A stretch of 64,000 bases of DNA, from positions 186,001 through 250,000 of the forward strand of contig JBHGNT010000023.1 of assembly GCA_043228905.1 (NCBI GenBank). Reading direction: 5' to 3'. Below the pieces are notes generated by a model. It did not search any database and was not told the origin of the DNA. It worked only from the letters and a program-made list of their open reading frames with translations. Positions within the stretch are counted from its first letter, which is position 1; each line of letters opens with the position of its first letter. Shown in pieces: positions 44,101 through 56,984 of this stretch. Made by a program: the position numbers and the translations under genes. Source of the DNA: Azolla caroliniana. Lineage: Eukaryota > Plantae > Polypodiophyta.

Positions 44101-47100
44101 GACATGAAGAAATTAGTAAATTAGAGTAGGGAGATAAGGAGAGCGCGTGAGTAAATTAAAATGTTCATAGCTGGGTTGTGTGATATCGGATTTTAGTGTT
44201 CAAACATGCAAATCGAAGCTAGCAACACTAGCTAGGATATGGAATTAAAAAATCAAGATTCTGAAACTCGGGGTCGAGAGACATGAATAAATTAGTAAAT
44301 TAGAGGAGGGAGTTGAGAAGAGCGCGTGAGTAAATTAAAATGTTCATACCTGGCTCGTGTGATATCGGATTTTAGTGTTCAATCATGCGAATCGAAGCTA
44401 ACAACACTAGCTATGATATGGAATTAAAAAATCAAGATTTTAAAACTCAGGTCGAGAGACATGAAGATGTTAGTAAATTAGAGGAGGGTGTTGACAAGAG
44501 CGCATGAGTAAATTAAAATGTTCATACCTGGCTCGTGTGATATCGGATTTTTGTGTTCAAACATGCGAATCGAAGCTAACAACACTAGCTAGGATATGGA
44601 ATTAAAAAATCAAGATTTTGAAACTCAGGTCGACAGATATGAAGAAATTAGTAAATTAGAGGAGGGAGTTCAGAAGAGCGCGTGAGTAAATTAAAATGTT
44701 CATAGCTGGCTCGTGTGATATCGAATTTTAGTGTTCAAACATGCGAATCGAAGCTAACAACACTAGCTATGATATTGAATTAAAAAATAAAGATTTTGAA
44801 ATTCAGGTCGAGAGACATGAAGAAATTAGTATATTAGAGGAGGGTGTTATTAAGAGCGCGTGAGTAAATTAAAATGTTCATACCTGGCTCGTGTGATCCC
44901 AGATTTTTGTGTTCAAAGATGCGAATCGAAGCTAACAACAGTAGCTAGGATATGGAATTAAAAAATCAAGATTTTGAAACTTGGGTCAAGAGACATGAGG
45001 AAATTAGTAAATTAGAGTAGGGATATATGAAGAGCGCGTGAGTAAATTAAAATGTTCATAGCTGGCTTGTGTGATATCGGATTTTAGTGTTCAAACATGG
45101 GAATCGAAGCTAACAACACTAGCTATGATATGGAATTAAAAAATCAAGATTTTGAAACTTGGGTCGAGAGATATGAAGAAATTAGTAAATTAGGGGAGGG
45201 AGTTGAGAAGAGCGCGTGAGTAAATTAAAATGTTCATACCTGGCTGGAGTGATATCGGATTTTTGTGTTCAAACATGCGAATTGAAGCTAACAATACTAG
45301 CTATGATATGGAATTAAAAAATCAAGATTTTGAAACTCAGGTCGAGAGACATGACGATATTAGTAAATTAGAGGAGGGTGTTGACGAGAGCGCGAGAGTA
45401 AATTAAAATGTTCATACCTGGCTCGTATGATATCGGATTTTTGTGTTCAAACATGCGAATCGAAGCTAACAACACTAGCTAGGATATGGAATTAAAAAAT
45501 CAAGATTTTGAAACTCAGGTCGAGAGATATGAAGAAATTAGTAAATTAGAGGAGGGGGTTGAGAAGAGCGCGTGAGTAAATTAAAATGTTAATACCTGGC
45601 TCGTGTGATATCGGATTTTAGTGTTCAAACATGGGAATTGAAGCTAACAAGACTAGCTATGATATGGCTTCAAAAAATCAAGCTTTTGAAACTCACAACG
45701 AGAGACATGAAGAAATTAGTAAATTAGAGGAGGGTGTTCAGAAGAGCTCATGAGTAAATTAAAATGTTCATACCTGGCTCGTGTGATCCCGGATTTTTGC
45801 GTTCAAAGATGCCAATCGAAGCTAACAACACTAGCTATGATATGGAATTAAAAAATCAAGATTTTGAAACTCAGGTCGAGAGACATGAAGAAATTAGTAA
45901 ATTATAGGAGGGAGTTGAGAAGAGCGCGTGAGTAAATTAAAATGTTCATACCTGACTCGGGTGATCCCGGATTTTTGTGTTCAAAGATGCCAATCGAAGC
46001 TAACAACACTAGCTAGGATATGGAATTAAAAAATCGGATTTTTGAAACTTGGGTCGAGAGACATGAAGAAATTAGTAAATTAGAGTAGGGAGATAAGGAG
46101 AGCGCGTGAGTAAATTAAAATGTTCATAGCTGGGTTGTGTGATATCGGATTTTAGTGTTCAAACATGCAAATCGAAGCTAACAACACTAGCTAGGATATG
46201 GAATTAAAAAATCAAGATTTTGAAACTCAGGTCGAGAGATATGAAGAAATTAGTAAATTAGAGGAGGGAGTTGAGAAGAGCGCGTGAGTAAATTAAAATG
46301 TTCATACCTGGCTCGGGTGATATCGCATTTTAGTGTTCAAACATGCGAATCGAAGCTAACAACACTAGCTATGATATGGAATTAAAAAATCAAGATTTTG
46401 AAACTCAGGTCGAGAGACATGAAGATGTTAGTAAATTAGAGGAGGGAGTCCAGAAGAGCGCGTGAGTAAATTAAAATGTTCATACCTGGCTCGTGTGATA
46501 TCGGATTTTAGTGTTCAAACATGGGAATCGAAGCTAACAACACTAGCTATGATATGGCTTCAAAAAATCAAGCTTTTGAAACTCACAACGAGAGACATGA
46601 AGAAATTAGTAAATTAGAGGAGGGTGTTCAGAAGAGCTCATGAGTAAATTAAAATGTTCATACCTGGCTCGTGTGATCCCGGATTTTTGCGTTCAAACAT
46701 GCGAATCGAAGCTAACAACACTAGCTATGATATGGAATTAAAAAATCAAGATTTTGGAACTCAGGTCGAGAGACATGAAGAAATTAGTAAATTATAGGAG
46801 GGAGTTGAGAAGAGCGCGTGAGTAAATTAAAATGTTCATACCTGACTCGTGTTATCCCGGATTTTTGTGTTCGAAGATGCCAATCGAAGCTAACAACACT
46901 AGCTAGGATATGGAATTAAAAAATCGGATTTTTGAAACTTGGGTCGAGAGACATGAAGAAATTAGTAAATTAGAGTAGGGAGATAAGGAGAGCGCGTGAG
47001 TAAATTAAAATGTTCATAGCTGGGTTGTGTGATATCGGATTTTAGTGTTCAAACATGTAAATCGAAGCTAGCAACACTAGCTAGGATATGGAATTAAAAA

Positions 47101-50100
47101 ATCAAGATTCTGAAACTCGGGGTCGACAGACATGAATAAATTAGTAAATTAGAGGAGGGAGTTGAGAAGAGCGCGTGAGTAAATTAAAATGTTCATACCT
47201 GGCTCGTGTGATATCGGATTTTAGTGTTCAATCATGCGAATCGAAGCTAACAACACTAGCTATGATATGGAATGAAAAAATCAAGATTTTGAAACTCAGG
47301 TCGAGAAACATGACGATATTAGTAAATTAGAGGAGGGTGTTGACGAGAGCGCGAGAGTAAATTAAAATGTTCATACCTGGCTCGTATGATATCGGATTTT
47401 TGTGTTCAAACATGCGAATCGAAGCTAACAACACTAGCTAGGATATGGAATTAAAAAATCAAGATTTTGAAACTCAGGTCGAGAGATATGAAGAAATTAG
47501 TAAATTAGAGGAGGGGGTTGAGAAGAGCGCGTGAGTAAATTAAAATGTTCATACCTGGCTCGTGTGATATCGGATTTTAGTGTTCAAACATGGGAATTGA
47601 AGCTAACAAGACTAGCTATGATATGGCTTCAAAAAATCAAGCTTTTGAAACTCACAACGAGAGACATGAAGAAATTAGTAAATTAGAGGAGGGTGTTCAG
47701 AAGAGCTCATGAGTAAATTAAAATGTTCATACCTGGCTCGTGTGATCCCGGATTTTTGTGTTCAAAGATGCGAATCGAAGCTAACAACACTAGCTAGGAT
47801 ATGGAATTAAAAAATCAAGATTTTGAAACTTGGGTCAAGAGACATGAGGAAATTAGTAAATTAGAGTAGGGATATATGAAGAGCGCGTGAGTAAATTAAA
47901 ATGTTCATAGCTGGCTTGTGTGATATCGGATTTTAGTGTTCAAACATGGGAATCGAAGCTAACAACACTAGCTATGATATGGAATTAAAAAATCAAGATT
48001 TTGAAACTTGGGTCGAGAGATATGAAGAAATTAGTAAATTAGGGGAGGGAGTTGAGAAGAGCGCGTGAGTAAATTAAAATGTTCATACCTGGCTGGAGTG
48101 ATATCGGATTTTTGTGTTCAAACATGCGAATTGAAGCTAACAATACTAGCTATGATATGGAATTAAAAAATCAAGATTTTGAAACTCAGGTCGAGAGACA
48201 TGACGATATTAGTAAATTAGAGGAGGGTGTTGACGAGAGCGCGAGAGTAAATTAAAATGTTCATACCTGGCTCGTATGATATCGGATTTTTGTGTTCAAA
48301 CATGCGAATCGAAGCTAACAACACTAGCTAGGATATGGAATTAAAAAATCAAGATTTTGAAACTCAGGTCGAGAGATATGAAGAAATTAGTAAATTAGAG
48401 GAGGGGGTTGAGAAGAGCGCGTGAGTAAATTAAAATGTTAATACCTGGCTCGTGTGATATCGGATTTTAGTGTTCAAACATGGGAATTGAAGCTAACAAG
48501 ACTAGCTATGATATGGCTTCAAAAAATCAAGCTTTTGAAACTCACAACGAGAGACATGAAGAACTTAGTAAATTAGAGGAGGGTGTTCAGAAGAGCTCAT
48601 GAGTAAATTAAAATGTTCATACCTGGCTCGTGTGATCCCGGATTTTTGCGTTCAAAGATGCCAATCGAAGCTAACAACACTAGCTATGATATGGAATTAC
48701 AAAATCAAGATTTTGAAACTCAGGTCGAGAGACATGAAGAAATTAGTAAATTATAGGAGGGAGTTGAGAAGAGCGCGTGGGTAAATTAAAATGTTCATAC
48801 CTGACTCGTGTGATCCCGGATTTTTGTGTTCAAAGATGCCAATCGAAGCTTATAACACTAGCTAGGATATGGAATTAAAAAATCGGATTTTTGAAACTTG
48901 GGTCGAGAGACATGAAGAAATTAGTAAATTAGAGTAGGGAGATAAGGAGAGCGCGTGAGTAAATTAAAATGTTCATAGCTGGGTTGTGTGATATCGGATT
49001 TTAGTGTTCAAACATGCAAATCGAAGCTAGGATATGGAATTAAAAAATCAAGATTCTGAAACTCGGGGTCGAGAGACATGAAGAAGTTAGTAAATTAGAG
49101 GAGGGAGTTGAGAAGAGCGCGTGAGTAAATTAAAATGTTCATACCTGGCTCGTGTGATATCGGATTTTAGTGTTCAAACATGCGAATCGAAGCTAACAAC
49201 ACTAGCTAGGATATGGAATTAAAAAATCAAGATTCTGAAACTCAGGTCGAGAGACATGAAGAAATTAGTAAATTAGAGGAGGGAGTTGAGAAGAGCGCGT
49301 GAGTAAATTAAAATGTTCATACCTGGCTCGTGTGATATCGAATTTTAGTGTTCAAACATGCGAATCGACGCTAACAACACTACGTATGATATGGCTTGAA
49401 AAAATCAAGCTTTTGAAACTCACAACGAGAGACATGAAGAAATTAGTAAATTCGAAGAGGGAGTTGAGAAGAGCGCGTGAGTAAATTAAAATGTTCATAC
49501 CTGGCTCGTGTGATATCGGATTTTAGTGTTCAAACATGCGAATCGACGCTAACAACACTACGTATGATATAAAATTAAAAAATCAAGATTTTGAAACACA
49601 GGTCGAGAGACATGAAGAAATTAGTAAATTCGAAGAGGGAGTTGAGAAGACCGCGTTAGTAAATTAAAATGTTCATACCTGGCTCGTGTGATATCGGATT
49701 TTAGTGTTCAAACATGCGAATCGAAGCTAACAACACTACGTATGATATAGAATTAAAAAATCAAGATTTTGAAACTCAGGTCGAGAGACATGAAGAAATT
49801 AGTAAATTCGAAGAAGGAGTTGAGAAGAGCGCGTCAGTAAATTAAAATGTTCATAATTGGCTCGTGTGATATCGGATTTTAGTGTTCAAACGTGTCAATC
49901 GAAGCTCACAACACTTGCTATGATATGGAATTAAAAAATCAAGATTTTGAAACTCAGGTCGAGAGACATGAAGAAATTAGTAAATTAGAGGAGGGTGTTG
50001 AGAAGAGCGCGTGAGTAAATTAAAATGTTCATACCTGGCTCGTGTGATATCGGATTTTAGTGTTCAAAGATGCGAATCGAAGCTAACAACACTAGCTATG

Positions 50101-53100
50101 ATATGGAATTAAAAAATCAAGATTTTGAAACTCAGGTCGAGAGACATGAAGAAATTAGTAAATTCCAAGAGGGAGTTGAGAAGACCGCGTTAGTAAATTA
50201 AAATGTTCATAATTGGGTCGTGTGATATCGGATTTTAGTGTTCAAACATGTGAATAGAAGCTAACAAAACTAGCTACGATATGGAATTAAATAATCAAGA
50301 TTTTGACACTCAGGTCGAGAGACATGAAGAAATTAGTAAATTAGAGGAGGGTGTTGACGAGTGCGCGTGAGTAAATGAAAATGTTCATACCTGGCTCGTG
50401 TGATATCGGATTTTTGTGTTCAAAGATGCGAATCGAAGCTAAACACACTAGCTTGGATATGGAATTACAAAATCAAGATTTTGAAACTCAGGTCGAGAGA
50501 CATGAAGAAATTAGTAAATTAGAGTAGGGAGATATGAAGAGCGCGTGAGTAAATTAAAATGTTCATAGCTGGCTTGTGTGATATCGGATTTTAGTGTTTC
50601 AACATGGGAATCGAAGCTAACAACACTAGCTAGGATATGGAATTAAAAAATCAAGATTTTGAAACTTGGGTCGAGAGACATGAGGAAATTAGTAAATTAG
50701 AGTAGGGATATATGAAGAGCGCGTGAGTAAATTAAAATGTTCATAGTTGGCTTGTGTGATATCGGATTTTAGTGTTCAAACATGGGAATCGACGCTAACA
50801 ACACTAGCTATGATATAGAATTAAAAAATCAAGATTTTGAAACTCACGTCGAGAGACATGAAGAAATTAGTAAATTCGAAGAGGGAGTTGAGAAGAGCGC
50901 GTGAGTAAATTAAAATGTTCATACCTGGCTCGTGTGATATCGGATTTTAGTGTTCAAACATGCGAATCGACGCCAACAACACTACGTATGATATAGAATT
51001 AAAAAAACAAGATTTTGAAACTCAGGTCGAGAGACATGAAGAAATTAGTAAATTCGAAGAGGGAGTTGAGAAGAGCGCGTGAGTAAATTAAAATGTTCAT
51101 ACCTGGCTCGTGTGATATCAGATTTTAGTGTTCAAACATGCGAATCGACGCTAACAACACTACGTATGATATAGAATTAAAAAATCAAGATTTTGAAACT
51201 CAGGTCGAGAGACATGAAGAAATTAGTAAATTAGAGGAGGGAGTTGAGAAGAGTGCGTGAGTAAATTAAAATGTTCATACCTGGCTCGTGTGATATCGGA
51301 TTTTAGTGTTCAAACATGTGAATCGACGCTAACAACACTAGCTATGATATAGAATTAAAAAATCAAGATTTTGAAACTCAGGTCGAGAGACATGAAGAAA
51401 TTAGTAAATTCGAAGAGGGAGTTGAGAAGAGCGCGTGAGTAAATTGAAATGTTCATACCTGGCTCGTGTGATATCGGATTTTAGTGTTCAAACATGCGAA
51501 TCGACGCCAACAACACTACGTATGATATAGAATTAAAAAAACAAGATTTTGAAACTCAGGTCGAGAGACATGAAGAAATTAGTAAATTCGAAGAGGGAGT
51601 TGAGAAGAGCGCGTGAGTAAATTAAAATGTTCATACCTGGCTCGTGTGATATCAGATTTTAGTGTTCAAACATGCGAATCGACGCTAACAACACTACGTA
51701 TGATATAGAATTAAAAAATCAAGATTTTGAAACTCAGGTCGAGAGACATGAAGAAATTAGTAAATTCGAAGAGGGAGTTGAGAAGAGCGCGTGAGTAAAT
51801 TAAAATGTTCATAATTGGCTCGTGTGATATCGGATTTTAGTGTACAAACATGCGAATCGACGCTAACAACACTACGTATGATATAGAATTAAAAAATCAA
51901 GATTTTGAAACACAGGTCGAGAGACATGAAGAAATTAGTAAATTAGAGGAGGGTGTTGACGAGAGCGCGTGAGTAAATTAAAATGTTCATAATTGGCTCG
52001 TGTGATATCGGATTTTAGTGTTCAAACATGTGAATCGAAGCTAAAAACACTTGCTATGATATGGAATTAAAAAATCAAGATTTTGAAACTCAGGTCGAGA
52101 GACATGAAGAAATTAGTAAATTAGAGGAGGGTGTTGACAAGAGCGCGTGAGTAAATTAAAATTTTCATACCTGGCTCGTGTGATATCGGATTTTAGTGTT
52201 CAAAGTAGCGAATCGAAGCTAACAACATTACGTATGATACGGAATTAAAAAATCAAGATTTTGAATCTCAGGTCGAGAGACATGAAGAAATTAGTAAACT
52301 CGAAGAGGGAGTTGAGAAGAGCGCGTCAGGAAATTAAAATGTTCATAATTGGGTCGTGTGATATCGGATTTTAGTGTTCAAACATGTGAATCGAAGCTAA
52401 CAACACTAGCTATGATATGGAATTAAAAATCAAGATTTTGAAACTCAGGTCGAGAGACATGAAGAAATTAGTAAATTAGAGGAGGGTGTTGACGAGAGCG
52501 CGAGAGTAAATTTAAATGTTCATACCTGGCTCGTGTGATATCGGATTTTTGTGTTCAAAGATGCGAATCGAAGCTAACAACACTAGCTAGGATATGGAAT
52601 TAAAAAATCACGATTTTGAAACTCAGGTCGAGAGACATGAAGAAATTAGTAAATTAGAGGGGGGTGTTGACGAGAGCGCGAGAGTAAATTAAAATGTTCA
52701 TAACTGGCTTGTGTGATATCGGATTTTAGTGTTTCAACATGGGAATCGAAGCTAACAACACTAGCTAGGATATGGAATTAAAAAATCAACATTTTGAAAC
52801 TTGGGTCGAGAGATATGAAGAAATTAGTAAATTAGAGGAGGGTGTTGACGAGAGCGCGTGAGTAAATTAAAATGTTCATACCTGGCTCGTGTGGTATCGG
52901 ATTTTTGTGTTCAAAGATGCGAATCGAAGCTAACAACACTAGCTATGATATGCAATTAAAAAATCAAGATTTTGAAACTCAGGTCGAGAGACATGAAGAA
53001 ATTAGTAAATTAGAGGAGGGTGTTGACGAGAGCTTGTGAGTAAATTAAAATGTTCATACCTGGCTCGTGTGATATTGGATTTTTGTGTTCAAAGATGTCA

Positions 53101-56100
53101 ATCGAAGCTAACAACACTAGCTAGGATATGAAATTAAAAAATCAAGATTTTGAAACTCAGGTCGAGAGACATGAAGAAATTAGTAAATTAGAGGAGGGTG
53201 TTGACGAGAGCGCGTGAGTAAATTAAAATGTTCATACCTGGCTCGTGTGATATCGGATTTTTGTGTTCAAAGATGTGAATCGAAGCTAACAACACTAGTT
53301 AGGATATGGAATTAAAAAATCACGATTTTGAAACTCAGGTCGAGAGACATGAAGAAATTAGTAAATTAGAGGAGGGTGTTGACGAGAGCGCGAGAGTAAA
53401 CTAAAATGTTCATACCTGGCTCGTCTGATATCGGATTTTTGTGTTCAAAGATGTGAATCGAAGCTAACAACACTAGCTAGGATATGAAATTAAAAAATCA
53501 AGATTTTGAAACTCAGGTCGAGAGATATGAAGAAATTAGTAAATTAGAGGGGGGTGTTGACGAGAGCGCGAGAGTAAATTAAAATGTTCATAACTGGCTT
53601 GTGTGATATCGGATTTTAGTGTTTCAACATGGGAATCGAAGCTAACAACACTAGCTAGGATATGGAATTAAAAAATCAACATTTTGAAACTTGGGTCGAG
53701 AGATATGAAGAAATTAGTAAATTAGAGGAGGGTGTTGACGAGAGCGCGTGAGTAAATTAAAATGTTCATACCTGGCTCGTGTGGTATCGGATTTTTGTGT
53801 TCAAAGATGCGAATCGAAGCTAACAACACTAGCTATGATATGCAATTAAAAAATCAAGATTTTGAAACTCAGGTCGAGAGACATGAAGAAATTAGTAAAT
53901 TAGAGGAGGGTGTTGACAAGAGCGTGCGAGTAAATTAAAATGTTCATACCTGGCTCGTGTGATATCGGATTTTTGTGTTCAAAGACGTGAATCGAAGCTA
54001 ACAACACTAGCTAGGATATGAAATTAAAAAATCAAGATTTTGAAACTCAGGTCGAGAGACATTAAGAAATTAGTAAATTAGAGGAGGGTGTTGACGAGAG
54101 CGCGTGAGTAAATTAAAATGTTCATACCTGGCTTGTGTGATATCGGATTTTTGTGTTCAAACATGTGAATCGAAGCTAACAACACTAGTTAGGATATGGA
54201 ATTAAAAAATCACGATTTTGAAACTCAGGTCGAGAGACATGAAGAAATTAGTAAATTAGAGGAGGGTGTTGACGAGAGCACGAGAGTAAATTAAAATGTT
54301 CATACCTGGCTCGTCTGATATCGGATTTTTGTGTTCAAAGATGTGAATCGAAGCTAAGAACACTAGCTAGGATATGAAATTAAAAAAACAAGATTTTGAA
54401 ACTCAGGTCGAGAGATATGAAGAAATTAGTAAATTATAGGAGGGAGTTGAGAAGAGCGCGTGAGTAAATTAAAATGTTCATACCTGGCTCGTGTGATATC
54501 GGATTTTAGTGTTCAAACATGCGAATCGACGCTAACAACACTACGTACTATATAGAATTAAAAAATGAAGATTTTGAAACTCAGGTCAAGAGACATGAAG
54601 AAATTAGCAAATTCGAAGAGGGAGTTGAGATGAGCGCGTCAGTAAATTAAAATGTTCATAATTGGCTCGTGTGATATCGGATTTTTGTGTTAAAACATGC
54701 GAATCGAAGTTAACAACACTAGCTAGGATATGGAATTAAAAAATCAAGATTTTGAAACTCAGGTCGAGAGCGCGTGAGTAATTAAAATGTTCATACCTGG
54801 CTCGTGTGATATCGGATTTTTGTGTTCAGAGATGCCAATCGAAGCTCACAACACTAGCTTTAATATGGAATTAAAAAATCAAGATTTTGAAACTTAGGTT
54901 GAGAGACATGAAGAAATTAGTAAATTAGCGGAGGGAGTTGAGAAGAGCGCATGAGTAAATTAAAATGTTCATACCTGGCTCGTGTGATATTGGATTTTTG
55001 TGTTCAAACATGCGAATCGAAGCTAACAACACTAGCTAGGATATGGAATTAAAAAATCAAGATTTTGAAACTTGGGTCGATAGACATGAAGAAATTAGTA
55101 AATTAGAGGAGGGTGTTGACGAGAGCGCGTGACTAGATTAAAATGTTCATAGCTGGCTCGTGTGATCCCGGATTTTTGTTTTCAAACATGCGAATCGAAG
55201 CTAACAACACTAGCTAGGATATGGAGTTAAAAAATCAAGATTTTGAAACTCAGGTCGTGAGACATGAAGAAATTAGTAAATTAGAGGAGGGAGTTGACAA
55301 GAGGGCGTGAGTAAATCAAAATGTTCATACCTGGCTCGTGTGATCCCGGATTTTTGTGTTCAAAGATGCGAATCGAAGCTAACAACACTAGCTATGATAT
55401 GGAATTAAAAAATCAAGATTTTGAAACTTGGGTCCGGAGACATGAAGAAATTAGTAAATTAGAGGAGGGAGCTAAGAAGAGCGCATGAGTAAATTAAAAT
55501 GTTCATAGCTGGCTCGTGTGATATCGGATTTTAGTTTTCAAAAATGCGAATCGAAGCTAACAACACTAGCTATGATATGGAATGAAAAAATCAAGATTTT
55601 GAATTCAGGTCGAGAGACATGAAGAAATTAGTAAATTACAGGAGGGAGTTGAGAAGAGCCAGTGAGTAAATTAAAATGTTTATAGCTGGCTCGTGTGATC
55701 CCCGATTTTTGTTTTCAAAGATGCCAATCGAACCTAACAAGACTAGCTATGATATGGAATTAAAAAATCAAGATTTTGAAGCTCAGGTCGAGAGACATGA
55801 AGAAATTAGTAAATTAGAGAAGGGAGTTGAGAAGAGCGTGTGAGTAAGTTAAAATGTTCATAGCTGGCTCGTGTGATATCGGATTTTAGTGTTCAAACAT
55901 GCGAATCGAAGTTAACAATACTAGCTATGATATGGACTTGAAATTAGTAAATTAGAGGAGGGAGTTGAGAAGAGCGAGTGAGTAAATTAAAATGTTCATA
56001 GCTGGCTCGTGTGATATCGGATTTTTGTTTTCAAAGATGCCAATCGAACCTAACAACACTAGCTACGATATGGAATTAAAAAATCAAGATTTTAAAACTC

Positions 56101-56346
56101 TGGTCGAGAGACATGAAGAAATTAGTAAATTAGAGGAGGGAGTTGAGAAGAGCGCGTGAGTAAATTAAAATGTTCATACCTGGCTCGTGTGATATCGGAT
56201 TTTTGTGTTCAAAGATGCGAATCGAAGCTAACAACACTAGCTATGATATGGAATTAAAAAATCAAAATTTTGAAACTCAGGTCGAGAGACATGAAGAAAT
56301 TAGTAAATTAGAGGAGGCTGTTGACAATAGCGCGTGAGTAAATTAA
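35104..56346 (+). repeat. 178-bp satellite tandem array, subfamily B (left of the insertion)
   Basis: Same backbone and period as A, with diagnostic changes: AATTAGTAAATTAGAGGAGGG(A/T)GTTGA(G/C)AAGAGCGCGTGAGT, AACACTAGCTA(G/T)GATATGGAATT, frequent GATCCCGG and TTTTAGTG. Confidence 0.96.
56342..56346 (+). repeat. Left target-site duplication ATTAA
   Basis: Identical 5-mer on each side of the insert; 5 bp is typical of LTR-retrotransposon integrase. Confidence 0.9.
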
Positions 56347-56384
56347 TGTTAGATATAATCAATGATCAGCCCCAAGTTGTAAAT

Positions 56385-56425
56385 CTATCCCCATATGTGC
56401 TCTTAGAGTGCACATTTTGTGATAG
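56385..56425. repeat. Imperfect inverted repeat inside the LTR
   Basis: CTATCCCCATATGTGC versus the reverse complement of GCACATTTTGTGATAG matches at 13/16 positions. Confidence 0.7.
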
Positions 56426-56593
56426 CGCCCCAAATGAGGAGCGGCTAGTGTGCAACTCGACCATATGGGTCGATAAGGTGTTAATCTAGGAAAACGTAGA
56501 TGCGTAGGACACAATATATTTAGGAAATAGAGAAATAGATAAAAGGATTGGCTAATCAAGTCAGCTAGAATATTTTGTGGGCAAGTTACGATG

Positions 56594-56635
56594 TACTTAG
56601 TCTTGAAGTATGCATCATTGACTTCAAGATAAGTA
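56594..56635. repeat. Imperfect inverted repeat inside the LTR
   Basis: TACTTA-g-TCTTGAAGT pairs with ACTTCAAGA-TAAGTA (15 bp, one bulged base, 11-nt loop). Confidence 0.85.
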
Positions 56636-56682
56636 TTATCTAGCACTAGCCTGTACCTAGGGAGTTGGGTCATATTAAATGA

Positions 56683-56731
56683 CAAGTCAGTTGACAGAAA
56701 AGGAATATCTCCACTACTGTCAACTGACTTG
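56683..56731. repeat. Perfect 15-bp inverted repeat with 19-nt spacer inside the LTR
   Basis: CAAGTCAGTTGACAG (56683-56697) is the reverse complement of CTGTCAACTGACTTG (56717-56731); extendable by TAAATG/CATTTA across a small internal loop. Confidence 0.92.
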
Positions 56732-56939
56732 CACATTTATACTAAGACCAAACATAGATTATAAGTCACTTTTCTCACACAGTGGTGAGATTGATCATTA
56801 GTCCCCACTAATTTTGTAGTGAGCCGGTCCATATCCTATCTAAGCTCTAAGGTGTGAGCGCATGGGAAAACTACCATTTTGAACTACTCTCATATGTAAT
56901 AGAAATTCTGTTTTCATATATCCATCTCTGCAGTTGTAA

Positions 56940-56950
56940 CTCTATATACC
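56940..56950. promoter_or_regulatory. Possible TATA-like element of the LTR
   Basis: CTCTATATACC near the right end of the insert. Motif only; orientation and function are not established. Confidence 0.25.
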
Positions 56951-56979
56951 TATCTACTCGATTCTCAATATTTCTAATA

Positions 56980-56984
56980 ATTAA
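56980..56984 (+). repeat. Right target-site duplication ATTAA
   Basis: Follows CTAATA directly and is followed by AATGTTCATAGC, resuming the satellite in register. Confidence 0.9.

Larger units (their letters stand above)
56347..56979. mobile_element. Solo LTR of an LTR retrotransposon (Ty1/copia-like termini), 633 bp
   Basis: Non-satellite sequence starting TGTTAGATATA and ending TATTTCTAATA (9/11 inverted match; canonical CA end appears as TA). Flanked by ATTAA at 56342-56346 and 56980-56984. Removing the insert and one ATTAA restores GAGTAAATTAAAATGTTCATA. No gag/pol or second LTR. Superfamily and orientation are inference. Confidence 0.85.

Noticed and set aside
48599-49484. Two 61-aa plus-strand ORFs (MSKLKCSYLARV...)
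   Set aside because: Chance open frames of monomer length within satellite B.
56359-56736. 125-aa minus-strand ORF within the insertion
   Set aside because: No gag, protease, RT, integrase or transposase motif recognisable; it lies inside a probable LTR and across hairpins. It would be reconsidered only if conserved with low dN/dS across family copies.
56347-56979. MITE or DNA transposon interpretation of the insert
   Set aside because: A 5-bp TSD with short TG-starting inverted ends fits an LTR better than Tc1/mariner (TA), PIF/Harbinger (3 bp), hAT (8 bp) or Mutator (9-11 bp). Not fully excluded without homologues.
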